Source of the DNA: Oikopleura dioica | Taxonomy: Eukaryota > Animalia > Chordata | Assembly: GCA_907165135.1 (NCBI GenBank) | Contig: OU015569.1 | Location: forward strand, 62,001-126,000 | Direction: 5' to 3' | Length of the DNA: 64,000 bases | Shown here: in pieces, positions 10,820-22,179 of the stretch | Position numbering within the stretch: the first letter of the stretch is position 1 | Layout: each line of letters begins with the position of its first letter | Translations under genes and position numbers: made by a program | The notes under the pieces: generated by a model | Database searches by the model: none | Told to the model about the DNA's origin: nothing | Seen by the model: the letters and a program-made list of their open reading frames with translations, nothing else

Positions 10820-11099
10820 TTCGTGGGGGGTTGATTCTAGCGCGAACGGGTTTGGAAAAAAGGCTCATGGTCGAAAGTAAAGTTGAATCTCTGGGTATCT
10901 CGGGAAGAAGCCGGTAAAAGAGGTGAAATCGGAGTTAGAGTATTTCTCGAATTCGGAGAGCTTCAGTTGGACACGAAAATGCTCCAATCAAAAGCCGTGA
11001 GCTGGAGCTGAGTCGACGCCAAGTGACTCACTCGAGAAGACGGTGACTCATCCAAAGCACCGAAATTAGCGTTTTTGAGCTGGAAGAGAGATCAGACAA

Positions 11100-11519
11100 G
11101 GACGATAAAAATATATTTCCTGAGAAATTACAAAAAAGCGTGTTTTGACCCTTTTTGTTTCAAGCTTTTCGAGTACTATCAGTGCTCAAGTTTGCTTCAT
11201 AATATACCAATAGAAAGCTTAGAGCCTCTTCTAGGGGGATTTGAATTCAAAAAGAGAAATAATGGGCCTAAAAAATTATTTTGATACTATTTAGATACTT
11301 TACTTTGACGGTGATTAAAGGGTACTTCCGGCTTCATTTGTTAGTTCCACAATTTATTTTTTTCAATTTTCTATTCAAATCCCCCTAGAATAGGCTACGA
11401 GCTTTCTTTTGGTACATTATGAAGCATAGTTGAGCACTGATAGTACTCGAAAAGCTTGAAACAAAAAGGGTCAAAACACGCTATTTTGTAATTTCTCAGA
11501 AAATATATTTTTATCGTCC
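11100..11519. mobile_element. Foldback/MITE element with about 145-bp near-perfect terminal inverted repeats
   Basis: ggacgataaaaatatatttcctgagaaattac... is mirrored at ...gtaatttctcagaaaatatatttttatcgtcc. CAA flanks both ends (11097-11099 and 11520-11522), a possible 3-bp TSD. Confidence 0.85.
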
Positions 11520-11906
11520 CAAGAAGATTGCTGTTCACGAAGAAAAAATATTGATCGAATTCTTTTCTAATATTATTTTTAGTAAAAAGATATTTTACGC
11601 TATCGATTACCAGGAAATTTCAAATTATTTCAAGTGAAAAACTGTTTCGTTAAATTATTTTTTATGAATTATAAAAAAATCCATTGCTTTCTAGCATCAT
11701 ATCTAAAACTTCGTTTTTCTATTTATAATTCTAGATTTTAGTCTTTTTGAATGCGATTCATTGATTAAAAATCTCGATAAAATTCTCCAGAATCTCCAGA
11801 AAGGCTCGGCAACCTGTGACACATTTCATACTTCACATTTTCCTCTCTCAATTTCAGAAAGAAAAGCTAATTTTTCGCTCAGTTTAGAAATCGAAAAGTA
11901 GAAGCG

Positions 11907-12538
11907 ATGAACCGACTGCTGTGCTCCCGGAGCACCTGCGCTCGGCTCTTCCGAAGCGCCGCTTACCGCCAAGACATGCCTCCTCCAGGCGGCTATCCTC
12001 AAATGCCCTGGCGGCGCAACATTCCCCACCGAGGAATGAGCTACATCCACATGCTCGTCGCCGGCTTCGTCGCTTACTGGCTCGAGCGAACTGTCACTTC
12101 CCGACGCGTCCAGTGGGAACAGGAGTCCTTCTGGGAGGGACAGAACATTGACATGGCTTGCATGCCCCTCTACGAGGCCGAAATCGACAGAGACGAACTC
12201 AGGTATTAAATTCAATAGCGTTCTTCTGTTTAAGTCATTTTTAGGTCTTTGAAAGAACAGATGGAAGGTGAAGCTGTCAACATCGTTGCTTCTGGATTCG
12301 ACCCAACCTGGAAGGTAGACATTGATCTCATTTTTGGCCGAAACAAAGGCTATTTTCGAATTATGATTGAGCTTTAAAATTTCAGGTCGGCGGCCACGGA
12401 ATCGGCGACAACGGCAACCCGGAGTACTGGCCCTCGAACGGCTACACCAGTCCCTACAACTTGGCAATCTTCAAAAACTTCGAAGGCGAGCGCGCTGCAA
12501 AGACCCACTCCTGGTCTCATCAATCCATGGCCCTGTAA
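11907..12538 (+). CDS. NDUFA13: NADH dehydrogenase 1 alpha subcomplex subunit 13 (GRIM-19)
   Basis: QDMPPPGGY...RRNIPHRG, MPLYEAEIDR and WKVG across three exons with short GT-AG introns. Confidence 0.9.
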
Positions 12539-12970
12539 GATTCACTTTTTTATTCATTTTTTATCGTTTTTGTAGCAACTCTGCGATGGGACTCGGCGCC
12601 GGAAAATTCGAGCATGTTGGTCCTCGAGGAACTTTCTAATAATTCCCCAAAATATATTTATTCTGCCCTTCGAGTTGCCAAGTTTTGATTTGTCGCGATT
12701 TGCAGTCGGATAAATCAACAATCGTCTAGTCTTTTTTTGCAAAAGAACTTTAGCAAGTTAGACAAGAGGCAGCCTTATTCCCAGCAGATGAATTTCAAGG
12801 CTGTCTCTCCGGAAATTTTAAGGAGCTTGCGTTTTACTCAAAGGAATGGAAATAACAGTCATAAACTGCCATTCGAAGGCTACGTCGGCCTTCAAACTAC
12901 AGTAATCTTTGTGACACAGTATTATTAACTTTCGATTGGAAAAGGCAGCTTCAGATGAGGAAGAAGGTGT

Positions 12971-13334
12971 TTTATTGGGGCGCCTGTTGGATGAGAGTGA
13001 TGTTGTCGCCCTTGAGCAGGATTCGTCCGACGTTTCGTTTGAAGTGAGTCTGGAAATCAAAGTTGAAGATGACTGTAAATAACTCTGGCATACCTTGACG
13101 TGCATTTCTTCGACGTCGTCGAGGACGAGGTTCATGTACTCGTCGAATCCAACGATCACTCCTTCAAGTCTCAAGTTGACGACGTCGTAGAGCCAGATCT
13201 GAGAGTCTTCTTCTTTCCATCATACGAATTTACGAGTGAAATACCTGGACGCGGATCTTCTTCTGGAAAAAGCGGAAAACGAGGTTGATGGGCTGAACCA
13301 TCACCTTCTGCACCTTGTGGCCGTAGCCCGACAT
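12971..13334 (-). CDS. SNRPE: Small nuclear ribonucleoprotein E
   Basis: [39 protein letters not shown] and [14 protein letters not shown] in three exons. Confidence 0.97.
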
Positions 13335-13520
13335 TCTGATCGAGCGATTTTCAAAATTCTGAAAAGAAAAATCGAACATCAAGAAAGTGTTTTTGGGCTT
13401 TTCTTTTTCTTTAATTGAACTTTAATTGAAAGTGGAAAATTGTGCATTTCATTGACTTTCAGGAAAAGACGGCGCTTCTTATTCTTCTATTTTTCTTTCG
13501 TTTCTTTCACTTTCCTTCGT

Positions 13521-16500
13521 CTAAAATCGCAAACTCTGGAACATTCTGGCGACGCACTGCGAGTCCTGCTCGCTTTGCCACGTCGCTGCTTTCACAGCCT
13601 CGGCGAGTGGCTTTCGAATGTTGCTCGCCGAGAGCAGGAGCGTCTTGTTGATGTCGCCCTCTGTGCAGTTTCCGACGATCGCCGTGCTGAACACTTTTTC
13701 GCAGCGCTTGACGATCTCGACTCGCTGCTCCGAGTGGCGGCAGACGAGATTGATTGCCAGCACGCCGCCTTCGCGCAGCCCGTTTTTCCACATTTCTAGC
13801 GACGATTCTGTGATGAACGGCTCAGGAGGACACCTAAAACACCTCTTTTAAGGGGAAACGATCGCTGCAAAAAGAGCCCAAATTCGACAGTGACGCTGTT
13901 CAAAGAAGAGGTTCTGTTTTTTTTTTCGGAAAAGGGCCCGTTAGAGTCGGGCGTAAAAAATTAGCTAAAAAACGCGTTATCTGTCGCCGGGGACACTCAA
14001 CCTCAGATTGCGGGACTTCCTTAGGCGGCGCCCTGGAAGCCCCGGTGCCTCCCCGAGGTCGGGAGGGTACACATGTGATGTGGGTTAGGGTTGAAAGAAA
14101 GAGGCCCTAGACGAAGTAGCAGCCCCAGAGAGCGCCCCGACGACTTTATGCATAATTAGATAAGTAGAGGAACGAGAAAGTTGGGCTTCTCAAGTTAGAA
14201 TCGAAATTATGGTGTTCGTTCAGCAAAGTTTGTTACCTCAAGGCAAGCGAGGGATCCTTCTGATCGACGTCCAAAATGATCAGATCGTATTGCTCCTTCC
14301 TTTCCTCCAAAAATTTAAGCCCGTCCGCGACGACGACGTTGCAGGTCTCCGGCAGATCAAAGTACACTCTCGCAATTTTCACCATGACGGGGTCGATTTC
14401 GACGGAAGTCAACGCGGCGGCCGGATATCGCGCTTCCAGGAAGTTCGACAAAACGCCGCCGCCAAGGCCGATTACCAGCACTTTCGGTTCTTTTACGTTC
14501 TTGGCGATCATGTCCAGCGCCGAGACGAGTCCGTAGTAGTACTCCGAAGCGACGTAGCTCTTGTCGAATATCCTTCTCAGTTTCTGAAAAGAGAATTGCT
14601 TCAATTCTCAAAGAAATATTTCGCACCGTTATTTTCTTTTTGCCTTTTTTGACGCGTTCAAACTCCATCTTTACTTTGCACTCTGACTGGACCAAAGTGG
14701 GCTGGTTCTTGAAAATGAGTCTTCTGTAGGCGCACTCGCTTCCGTCCTGCCCTCTCGCCTTCGACTCCTCGATGATGTACTCGCCGGAGAGTTCGCTTTT
14801 GCCGGAAGCGACGTAGCTCCTCGCCTGGTCCTCGCCCTCCGTCAAAAACGGAATCTGCCGGTCGTAGCATTTTCTGTGCTTGAGTTCTTTCACCAGCCAG
14901 GAGAGCTCTTCCTAAACCAAAACTAGAAAACAAAAGGAAATCTCTCTTACCAACCTTGACCTGATCGTTGTTTCCGTACGAGTGGACCATGTTCTTCAAA
15001 ACATAGACCATTCGCTTGAAACCGCCGCCTGTCATGTCTCTCAGCTCATTCAGAAACTGCTTTCGCCCTTGCGGACTACTGTAGCTCCAGTCGAACTCGC
15101 GCCCAGCCGCCACGATGAAAAAAGCCATGTCTCTCACTCCTCGGCTGTCGTCCACTACGTACAGGTCGAAGCGAGGCACGTCGCTGCCTTTGCTGTACAT
15201 CGAGAAATGCACTAAATAAGAATTACCTCTTTCTGTCGATCAATAGATAGAACGGATAGAAATAGAAAAAGAATTGGGCTGTTTACGAAGCCTAATTCTC
15301 TATTTGCGCGAAAGTAGGTTATCATAATTTATTTTGACGACAAAAATCGCATCTTTGCAAATATCCAACTGAGATTTTACTATGTTTACTAGCAAAAGTA
15401 GCGCCCTCGGCTGATTTTTGAGGTATAAAAAGGGAGCTTTGAGCTTTTTTATATCGAAAATAAAATAAAATGAAACTGAACCCGAAAACGAGGCAACAAT
15501 AATTTGTCGTACGAAGAAATGGTCTTCAAAAATTATGATGATATCGACAGAACGTACAATAAAAAATGAAACTGAAGCTGTAGTTCCGGGCAAGTGAAAA
15601 AGCTAAAAAAAATAAAATGAAAAATAAACTTCCACTAACAAAAAAGAAAGTAGATTTACCTTCTGACTGCAGCGTTCTCGAGACCAAGCCCTTGAGCTGG
15701 CTCCATTCTTGTCTGCTTTTGCAAAAGTCCGAGATTTCATCCGCGGTGTATGCTCTCATCGGTTTAGGGTTCGAGTGCGCTTCCACCGCTGGGAATATCT
15801 CCATCAGCTTGTCCGGAGCGGTTCCGTCCTTGTATCTCAATCTGGTGAGGACGATGACGAAGACGGGCAGTGGAATGACGCCGTCTTCGCTGCCCGAGGG
15901 AATGTGCTCGTGCAGGCGCAGCATCCAGCCTTTGCGCAGCTCGAATTCTTGCGCCACGAACTTGGCGATGTGTTCCTGCGCCAGAGTAATGAGGATGTAG
16001 CGCCCGCCAGACTTGAGCACGCGGCCGATTTCGTCGAACATCCGCGCGATCAGCTGACACGTCTCGTCGCTGTCGTCCACCATCATCGCGTCCAAGGTGC
16101 CTTTGTCGATCACGCAGTTGAATTGCTGGTCTCTTTCGCGGCTCAATCCCTTCAAATCTTCAATTTAAAGAACTCATGGAACACGACAGCCTGTGTCCGC
16201 ACTCCGGATCCTGAGTCAGGGCATCCTTTTTACTAAAGAAAGCCTGTGTTTTGAGCCCAGACCTGTACTTGAGTTCAGTAACATCGCCGACTTCGTAAAT
16301 CATCTGTCGCTTCGACTCTTCGGCCTTTTTCTGCATTCGTTTGATGACGTTTTCGGAGATGTCGATGTTGGTGATGAGTTTGCACTTCTGCCTGATCGAA
16401 TGAGAATTAACGCGCTTTCCGAAGAATCTGTCTTACATGTCGTGCAGCTCGTCGGAGAGTTCCGAATTGCCGCAGCCGACCATGAGGATTTCGTCTTCCG

Positions 16501-16639
16501 GCTTGACGTATTTGATGAAGTACTCGTTCAGTTCCATGTAGGAGCCATACCACTCGAAGGGGTCTTTTCTTTTGTTGAAAAAGTCGGTCCAGTAGTCTTT
16601 CTTGGCGAAATCGGTCCCACGCTTCGGCAATAAATTCAT
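13521..16639 (-). CDS. METTL13: eEF1A lysine and N-terminal methyltransferase (dual MTase domains)
   Basis: MNLLPK...YWTDFF...FEWYG, ILMVGCGNSELS, IDKGTLDAM; second domain VLVIGLGGG, VEIDP, VADGLKFL, CPPEPF and GVLAINL. Confidence 0.93.
13912..14144 (-). ncRNA. Candidate intronic structured RNA (H/ACA-like) with a telomere-template-like 11-mer
   Basis: GC-rich island in METTL13 intron 13834-14236. A closing stem (14144-14135 with 13992-13983) is followed directly by AGATAA (ANANNA), then a second hairpin and ACA at 13917-13915. AACCCTAACCC lies at 14092-14082. Folded by eye only. Confidence 0.45.
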
Positions 16640-16790
16640 TTCTGCCGCTTTCTGAAAAAACGGCTTTTTAGAAATTAATTTTATTTAAAAAATGACTCGA
16701 GCGTTAATAATAAAGCACGCATTTTTTTCGTAAAAATGTCAATTTCTCGTAGCAGATGAAAAAAAGGGAGGAAGTCGGAAATTTTTAAAA

Positions 16791-16800
16791 TTTCCCGCGC
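16791..16800 (+). promoter_or_regulatory. E2F-like site upstream of METTL13
   Basis: TTTCCCGCGC about 150 nt upstream of the METTL13 ATG. Motif match only. Confidence 0.3.
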
Positions 16801-16858
16801 TGAGAAAGAGCTCCGTGGAGCCATGCGCTGCGATGACTCATCGACTCAGCCAGCGGGT

Positions 16859-16975
16859 CTGAGCTCGCCAACCTGTGTAGAAAACCTGAGTCAGGGTCTG
16901 AAAGATCTTCAATGAAAAGCCAGCGGCTTCGCAAAATTACTTTTCAGACCCTGACTCAGGTTTTCCACACAGGCA
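16859..16975. mobile_element. Family A palindromic MITE copy
   Basis: aacctgtgtagaaaacctgagtcagggtctgaaa ... tttcagaccctgactcaggttttccacacagg. Confidence 0.85.
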
Positions 16976-17143
16976 GCCTAGCTGACCCAACAATTGATCC
17001 CAGCTTCAGTCCTTTTCTACAGTAATACGCATATTTTTCATTGTAACAATCCTTCAAATTTCATAACTGTTAACTCATAGTTGATAACTTATCAGTTTAT
17101 TTATTCAATAAAAAAGGGAAAAGGAGTAGAAACAGTGAAAAAA

Positions 17144-18067
17144 CTACCAGCCAGAGGGAGAACTGTCGCCGTCGTCCTCCTTTTTTCCGGCCTGAACTCC
17201 GATGGTTCTAATCTTGTGGAAGGGCGTCTTGCATCCCCGCTCGAAGAGCGTCCTTGCCCTCTTCACTTCTGGTTGTCTGGAAGAGTGGAAGTCTTCTAAG
17301 TCGAGTTTTTCTGGCGCCTGATCGTTGAGCACCACTTGCTAAAAGAAGAAGATCGATTCTGGACTGGAAATCTAAGACTTACGATGGAGAATTTCACGTC
17401 GTCGAGCGGAGTTTTGGGAATTTTCTTTTTGATTCCTTGAAGAAGATCTTCCGCTTCGTTTCTCAGCTGCGCGTCCTCGTCTTCAGTTAAGTCGATCACC
17501 GCGTGTTCGTCCATTTCTTTGCAAATGTCCGTCTCTTTGATGCCGAAGCCGTACACTTCCAGCGGCTTCTTTTCTGGAGCATTCTGAAATTTAATTTTCA
17601 AGAAATGAAACCATGATTTTCGAACTAACCCCCTTTCCGATGCAAATGAAGACTTTGGAGAGCCATCCTTTTTCCGCCAAGTTGAAAATCGTGCGAAGCC
17701 AGCCCTTCATAGAATCGGCATTGTCATTTCCGCTCTCTTCGAATGGATTGAGAACCTGAACTTTCATGTCTCCCGCAGTCCTCGACGTGAACTCATCTTC
17801 CGCAAAGGCGAGTCGCTGCCTGCAGACTTCGGAGATTCCAATCACCAGCATTTTCTTCACGAATCGCCTCGACACGTAGACTGACGTCGGCGTTTTTTGA
17901 AAGAGGAACTCTTTCGCTGTTTCTGAAAAAATTGAATTAAAATTCTCTAGAATTGGCTGGAAATTAAAATTACCTTGTTTGGAGGGGCGAATCATCTGAG
18001 CAGTTGATGTTCCTCCTCCCGCAAAATTGATTCTCTTCTCAGCTCGTTTTTTCGGCATTTTCTCCAT
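17144..18067 (-). CDS. HORMA-domain protein (HORMAD/Hop1/HIM-3 family)
   Basis: SRRFVKKMLVIGISEVCRQRLAFAEDEF...DMKVQVL...SMKGWLRTIFNLAEKGWLSKVFICI...LEVYGF aligns by eye to the HORMAD1 core (SLVLVKRLLAVSVSCITYLRGIFPE...WMLGCYDALQKKYL...ECYQF). Confidence 0.72.
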
Positions 18068-18544
18068 ATTTTTTTATGTGGAAAATGATGGTTTCGGACG
18101 AGTCACGACCGTTTAAATACGCCTCGAAACACGTGGTCAGCAAGGTCTGGAGCCAATCGCTATCTTGGACACTTTTGAGTCGAAGAAATCGGAGCAGCGC
18201 GGGCAGCGGCGTTGAAATCATAGATGAGTATTTTTTTTTCAATTCGATTTTCTCGAATTTTTTGCTGCGGAATTTGAAATTTGGGGCTATCCTTCAGTAC
18301 CTTGATTACTGGGCTTGACAACCTGAGACAGTAATTAGATAATAGCTTGACTGCGTTCAGAATTGTTCACTACTCATGGTACAAGGAAAATTCAGTTTTC
18401 GATTGTTGTTTTATTTCAAAATTTTATTTGTCAGTAAATAGTTGATGGACTCAATTTCTGATGGTTACAAGCAGAACTTTGGTTTCAAATAATTCAAAAG
18501 GAAATATCAATAAAGAAAGCAGTAAGATGAGTAGCTCTTGGATT

Positions 18545-21500
18545 TTAGGATTCGTCGAAGCCACCAAGAGCGAGTCGGAATTTTTCTTGCGCTTCGGGAG
18601 AGTCGTCCTCCTTGTTTTCGTCCTCATCGTCGCTCTCGCCAATGAGCGTCGGGCAGGACTTGGAGGAAGCAGCTTTCGACGAGATTCGACTGGTAACGCT
18701 GGCAGCGTCGTTGCTCTTCTCCTCCTCGTCCGAATCGGGAGTGTTGTCGGCCATTTCTTGAAGCCACTCTGGCACCTCAGCCTTCACGTCCTAAGTAGAT
18801 TGATTGAAAACGATTTCCAGTATTCGTAATTTACCTTCATGAGTTTGACGAGGATGGGGACTTTTTTCTCGTCGCTGAATCTTCCTCCTTCTTGGATGAA
18901 GGTGACGGCTGTGCCCGGTCGACCAACGCGTCCAGTGCGCCCGATTCGGTGGATGAAGTCGTCGTGGAAGTACTCGATGTCGGAGCAGTCGAAGTTGACG
19001 ATCAAGTCGACCGCGGGAATGTCCAATCCACGGGCGGCCACGTTAGTGGCGATCAAAACGTGGCAGTTGGTCGTGGCAAAAGTCCAAAGCGCGAATTCCC
19101 GCTGCTCCTGGGATCGATCGCCGTGCATCGTCATGCAAGTGAAATCCATGGACTCGGAGAGCATGCAGCCCAAGTAGTCGACTCGCGTTTTTGTGTTGGC
19201 GAAAACGAGCGCCTTCTTGCCGCTGCCGATTTGAAATTCCTCGAGGACGGACCTGAGCTGCTCGAACTTGTTGTTCAGCCCTTCGACTTTGATCACTTGT
19301 TGCTTCACGGACGCGCTATTTTAAAAAATTAGTTCAATTAAAAGAACAAAAAGATGGAGCGTTTTTACCATGGAGCGTTGAGAATTCCGCACTGAGCGTA
19401 CAAGTAATCTGGGCGCAGAAACTTGTTGGCGAAAACCTGCACTTCAGCGGGAAAGGTAGCGGAAGTAAGGACCTTGCTGACTGGACCCGCGCTACTGCGT
19501 TTTTCCTTGATCTTGTTGATGATGATGTTGTTGAGTTCGCCGAAGCCGTTGTCCAGCATTCGATCTGCTTCGTCCAGGACGACGAACTCGCAACTCTCAA
19601 AGTGTTGCTACAAGTTTTTTAAGGGGTAGTCTTATTTGATCGCTCATCACCTTAGTTGCACCTTCGACGCTTGGAAACAAGATGTCAGCGACGCGGCCGG
19701 GAGTGCCAACGATGATGTCCGCTCCAAACGCGTGGAAGCGCTGGGTAGAGCGCTTCGTGCCGCCGTAGAGGTTGCAGATCTTGATCTCCTCGCCTGAAAG
19801 TAATTGCTCGAAAGAGAGATCAGAAAAAGGACTTACGCTCGAGTCCACGAGTTAGTTTGATCGCTTCCTTGGCAATTTGAATCGCCAGTTCGCGCGTTGG
19901 CGTCATGATCAACGCTCGAGGGTCGATTCCGATGACATCGACGCCCGGAATTCCAGATTCGTCCTCGTTTGGGAATTTCTTCTCTCTTGAAAAAGAAGTG
20001 GCTTTTTGAAAACGTTCAAACTGAATATGATTACCTTTTGTTGGTCAAAATGTGGTTGATGATTGGAATCAAGAACGCTCCCGTCTTTCCAGAGCCGGTT
20101 TGGGCATTGACGAGAATGTCCTGTTGCTCTTGAATCGGGCGCATCGACACTCGCTGGACGAGAAGCGGCTTTTCCCAGCCGTAAACGCTCAGGTTCCTCT
20201 TCAACTTCTCGTTGAGTTGAGTGAGATCGTCGAAGGAGTTGCAGAGATACTTCTCCGGGGCGATAATTTCGACCTCGTCCTTGACAGCTTGGGTGACCTG
20301 GAAATGGAGGCTTTCGATCTTTTCGAGTTCTTCGCCGAGATCGTTGTTTTTGTGCAGCTCCTCGTTGTCTTCAAGCGCGTGGCAAATGTGCCCGCTGTAG
20401 AGCCGATTGTCTATAATCAAAGTTTGTCGATTCATTTTTTCAACTTCTACTTTGAGCAAATTTTTCTGATCTAAATAAACTTACTGTCCATGAGTCGATT
20501 GAAAATATTCATTTCCGCTTCCGTCAGCTTTTCAGAAGAGCCATCGCTTCCATCTTCATTCCCGAATCCTCCTTTCTTCTTCTCCGGCTTGGTTTCGGAT
20601 TTCTCCGATTTCTGATCGCTGGAGTCTTCATCCTCCTTTTTCTCTTCGCCGGAAAAAGCTGATTTTGGGGAGCGCCCATCTCGCCAGCATCTTCTTTGTC
20701 CGTTTCGTCTTCTTCTGTATCAGAGCCGCAAGAAGGAACGTCTGCCTCGGAGGAGGCGCCAGAGTTTTCGCCAATTTTGGTGACATCTTGGAATCCACCG
20801 CCTTTAGCACTATTCATCGCCCTCTTTTTCTCCAGGAATTTTTGGTGAGCGTTGAAGTAGGCGAGATCGACCTTTTCCCCGGCATTAGGGCCTTCTTCGT
20901 GCTTGTAAGTGTACTCTCGATCGAAGATCCAGGGGTGCTCCTTGTCTTTGAAGAAATCCAATCGGCGCTGGAAGTGCTCGTCTCGGTGGAAGCCGGCTTT
21001 TCGATTATTATTGTCATCGCCTTAAAAACTCTTAAAAAGGAGCGCTAGTTGAATTCGATTTTACCGTTTTGCTCGTCCCCAAAGGCAGCGGCTTTTGGAC
21101 CGTCCTCGTCACCGCCCTGAGAATCTTCTTCGACCAAGTTTTCATTTTCAGAACCGCTGTTTTCTGCGTTCTTTTGAAGCTAGAAGTTGTTCGGCTTTTC
21201 GGCTTCTCGTTGTTGTTGTCAGCGCCGAAAGGAGTCGTGGATGGGCCGGAGTTGCTATTCTTGCCCTAAAGAAAAGTATTAGAGCTTACTCTTTCTGGGC
21301 TCGAAAAGCTGAGTCAGGGCTTCAATTAGCTCAAATCTAATGACTTACGGATGAATTCTCGGTAGATGGAGTAGGAGTCTCGGCGGAAGACAATGTGGAT
21401 TGAGAAGAGGCAATTTCGGCGATTCCCTGCATGGTGTCGTCTTGTCCGCTCGAAGTTTGGGAAGTGGCAATTACTAAATTGTTGTTTTCGTCGGTTTTTG

Positions 21501-21570
21501 TCATTTTTAGCGTTTTTCTCTCTCGAAAAGTGTGGCTTTTGCCCGGCTCACCTGGTTTTATATGCGCCAT
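18545..21570 (-). CDS. DEAD-box RNA helicase, divergent Vasa/DDX3-like
   Basis: AQTGSGKT, PTRELA, YGG, TPGR, DEAD, SAT, HGDRSQEQRE, ARGLDIP and HRIGRTGRVG over many exons, with a long low-complexity N-terminus and acidic C-terminus. Start codon and subfamily are uncertain. Confidence 0.85.
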
Positions 21571-22179
21571 TTTGAAAGTTCGCGATCAAGGCGGTTGATT
21601 CTTTTTCAATCTCGACAAAAAGTAAAGTTTTCCTCTTTTTCTCGAGCAGTCGAAAAGTGAACTGACAACTCTGGCCAGGTAAGGAGCACTTTTAAACTGG
21701 TTTGTTGAGAATTCGACTCGTTTTCGAGCAAAAACGGGAATCATGGAAGAAAAAGCGCTTCTTTCTGAAAACGCTCGTTTTCGAGTCGAAAAAGGTTTTA
21801 GTAACTGAGCTACAGGAAGATCAGCGATTGATAGTACTGTTCGTTACAGTCAGTAACATTTATTACTGAAATTTTAAGACTTAATTTCAAAGCTAATTTC
21901 GAGCTAGAAAAACGGCTCGAAAACGCCATTTTCGCGAGAAAATTCGCATGAATCATTTTTGCTTTTTCGCAGACTGCGAATTCGAGCATCAGCCTTTTAT
22001 CGAAGTGAAAGTATTTTTCTTCATTTTTGGAAAGAATAAGGCCTAAGGGCGAACCCACGCCGTCATGCATCCAGCGAGATTGTTGTCTCGCTCTGGCGCG
22101 CACTACTCGCAGAAAAGTACCGTCGAAAATTACTAAATTACTATTTTTACTATTTTAAAAGGCGAAAAGAAGAGGGGCG

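Noticed and set aside
13870-13890. GAATTTGGGCTC as telomerase CR4/5 P6.1
   Set aside because: It resembles human GAGUUGGGCUC but cannot form the 4-bp stem (A-C mismatch) and lies 3' of the proposed ACA, so it is not counted as support.
13860-14030. METTL13 intron RNA as RNase P/MRP RNA (GGAAGTCCC and a later GGGCTC)
   Set aside because: GGAAGTCCC pairs locally with GGGGCTTCC, the closing helix ends before the putative 3' P4 strand, and the CR-V consensus is poor.
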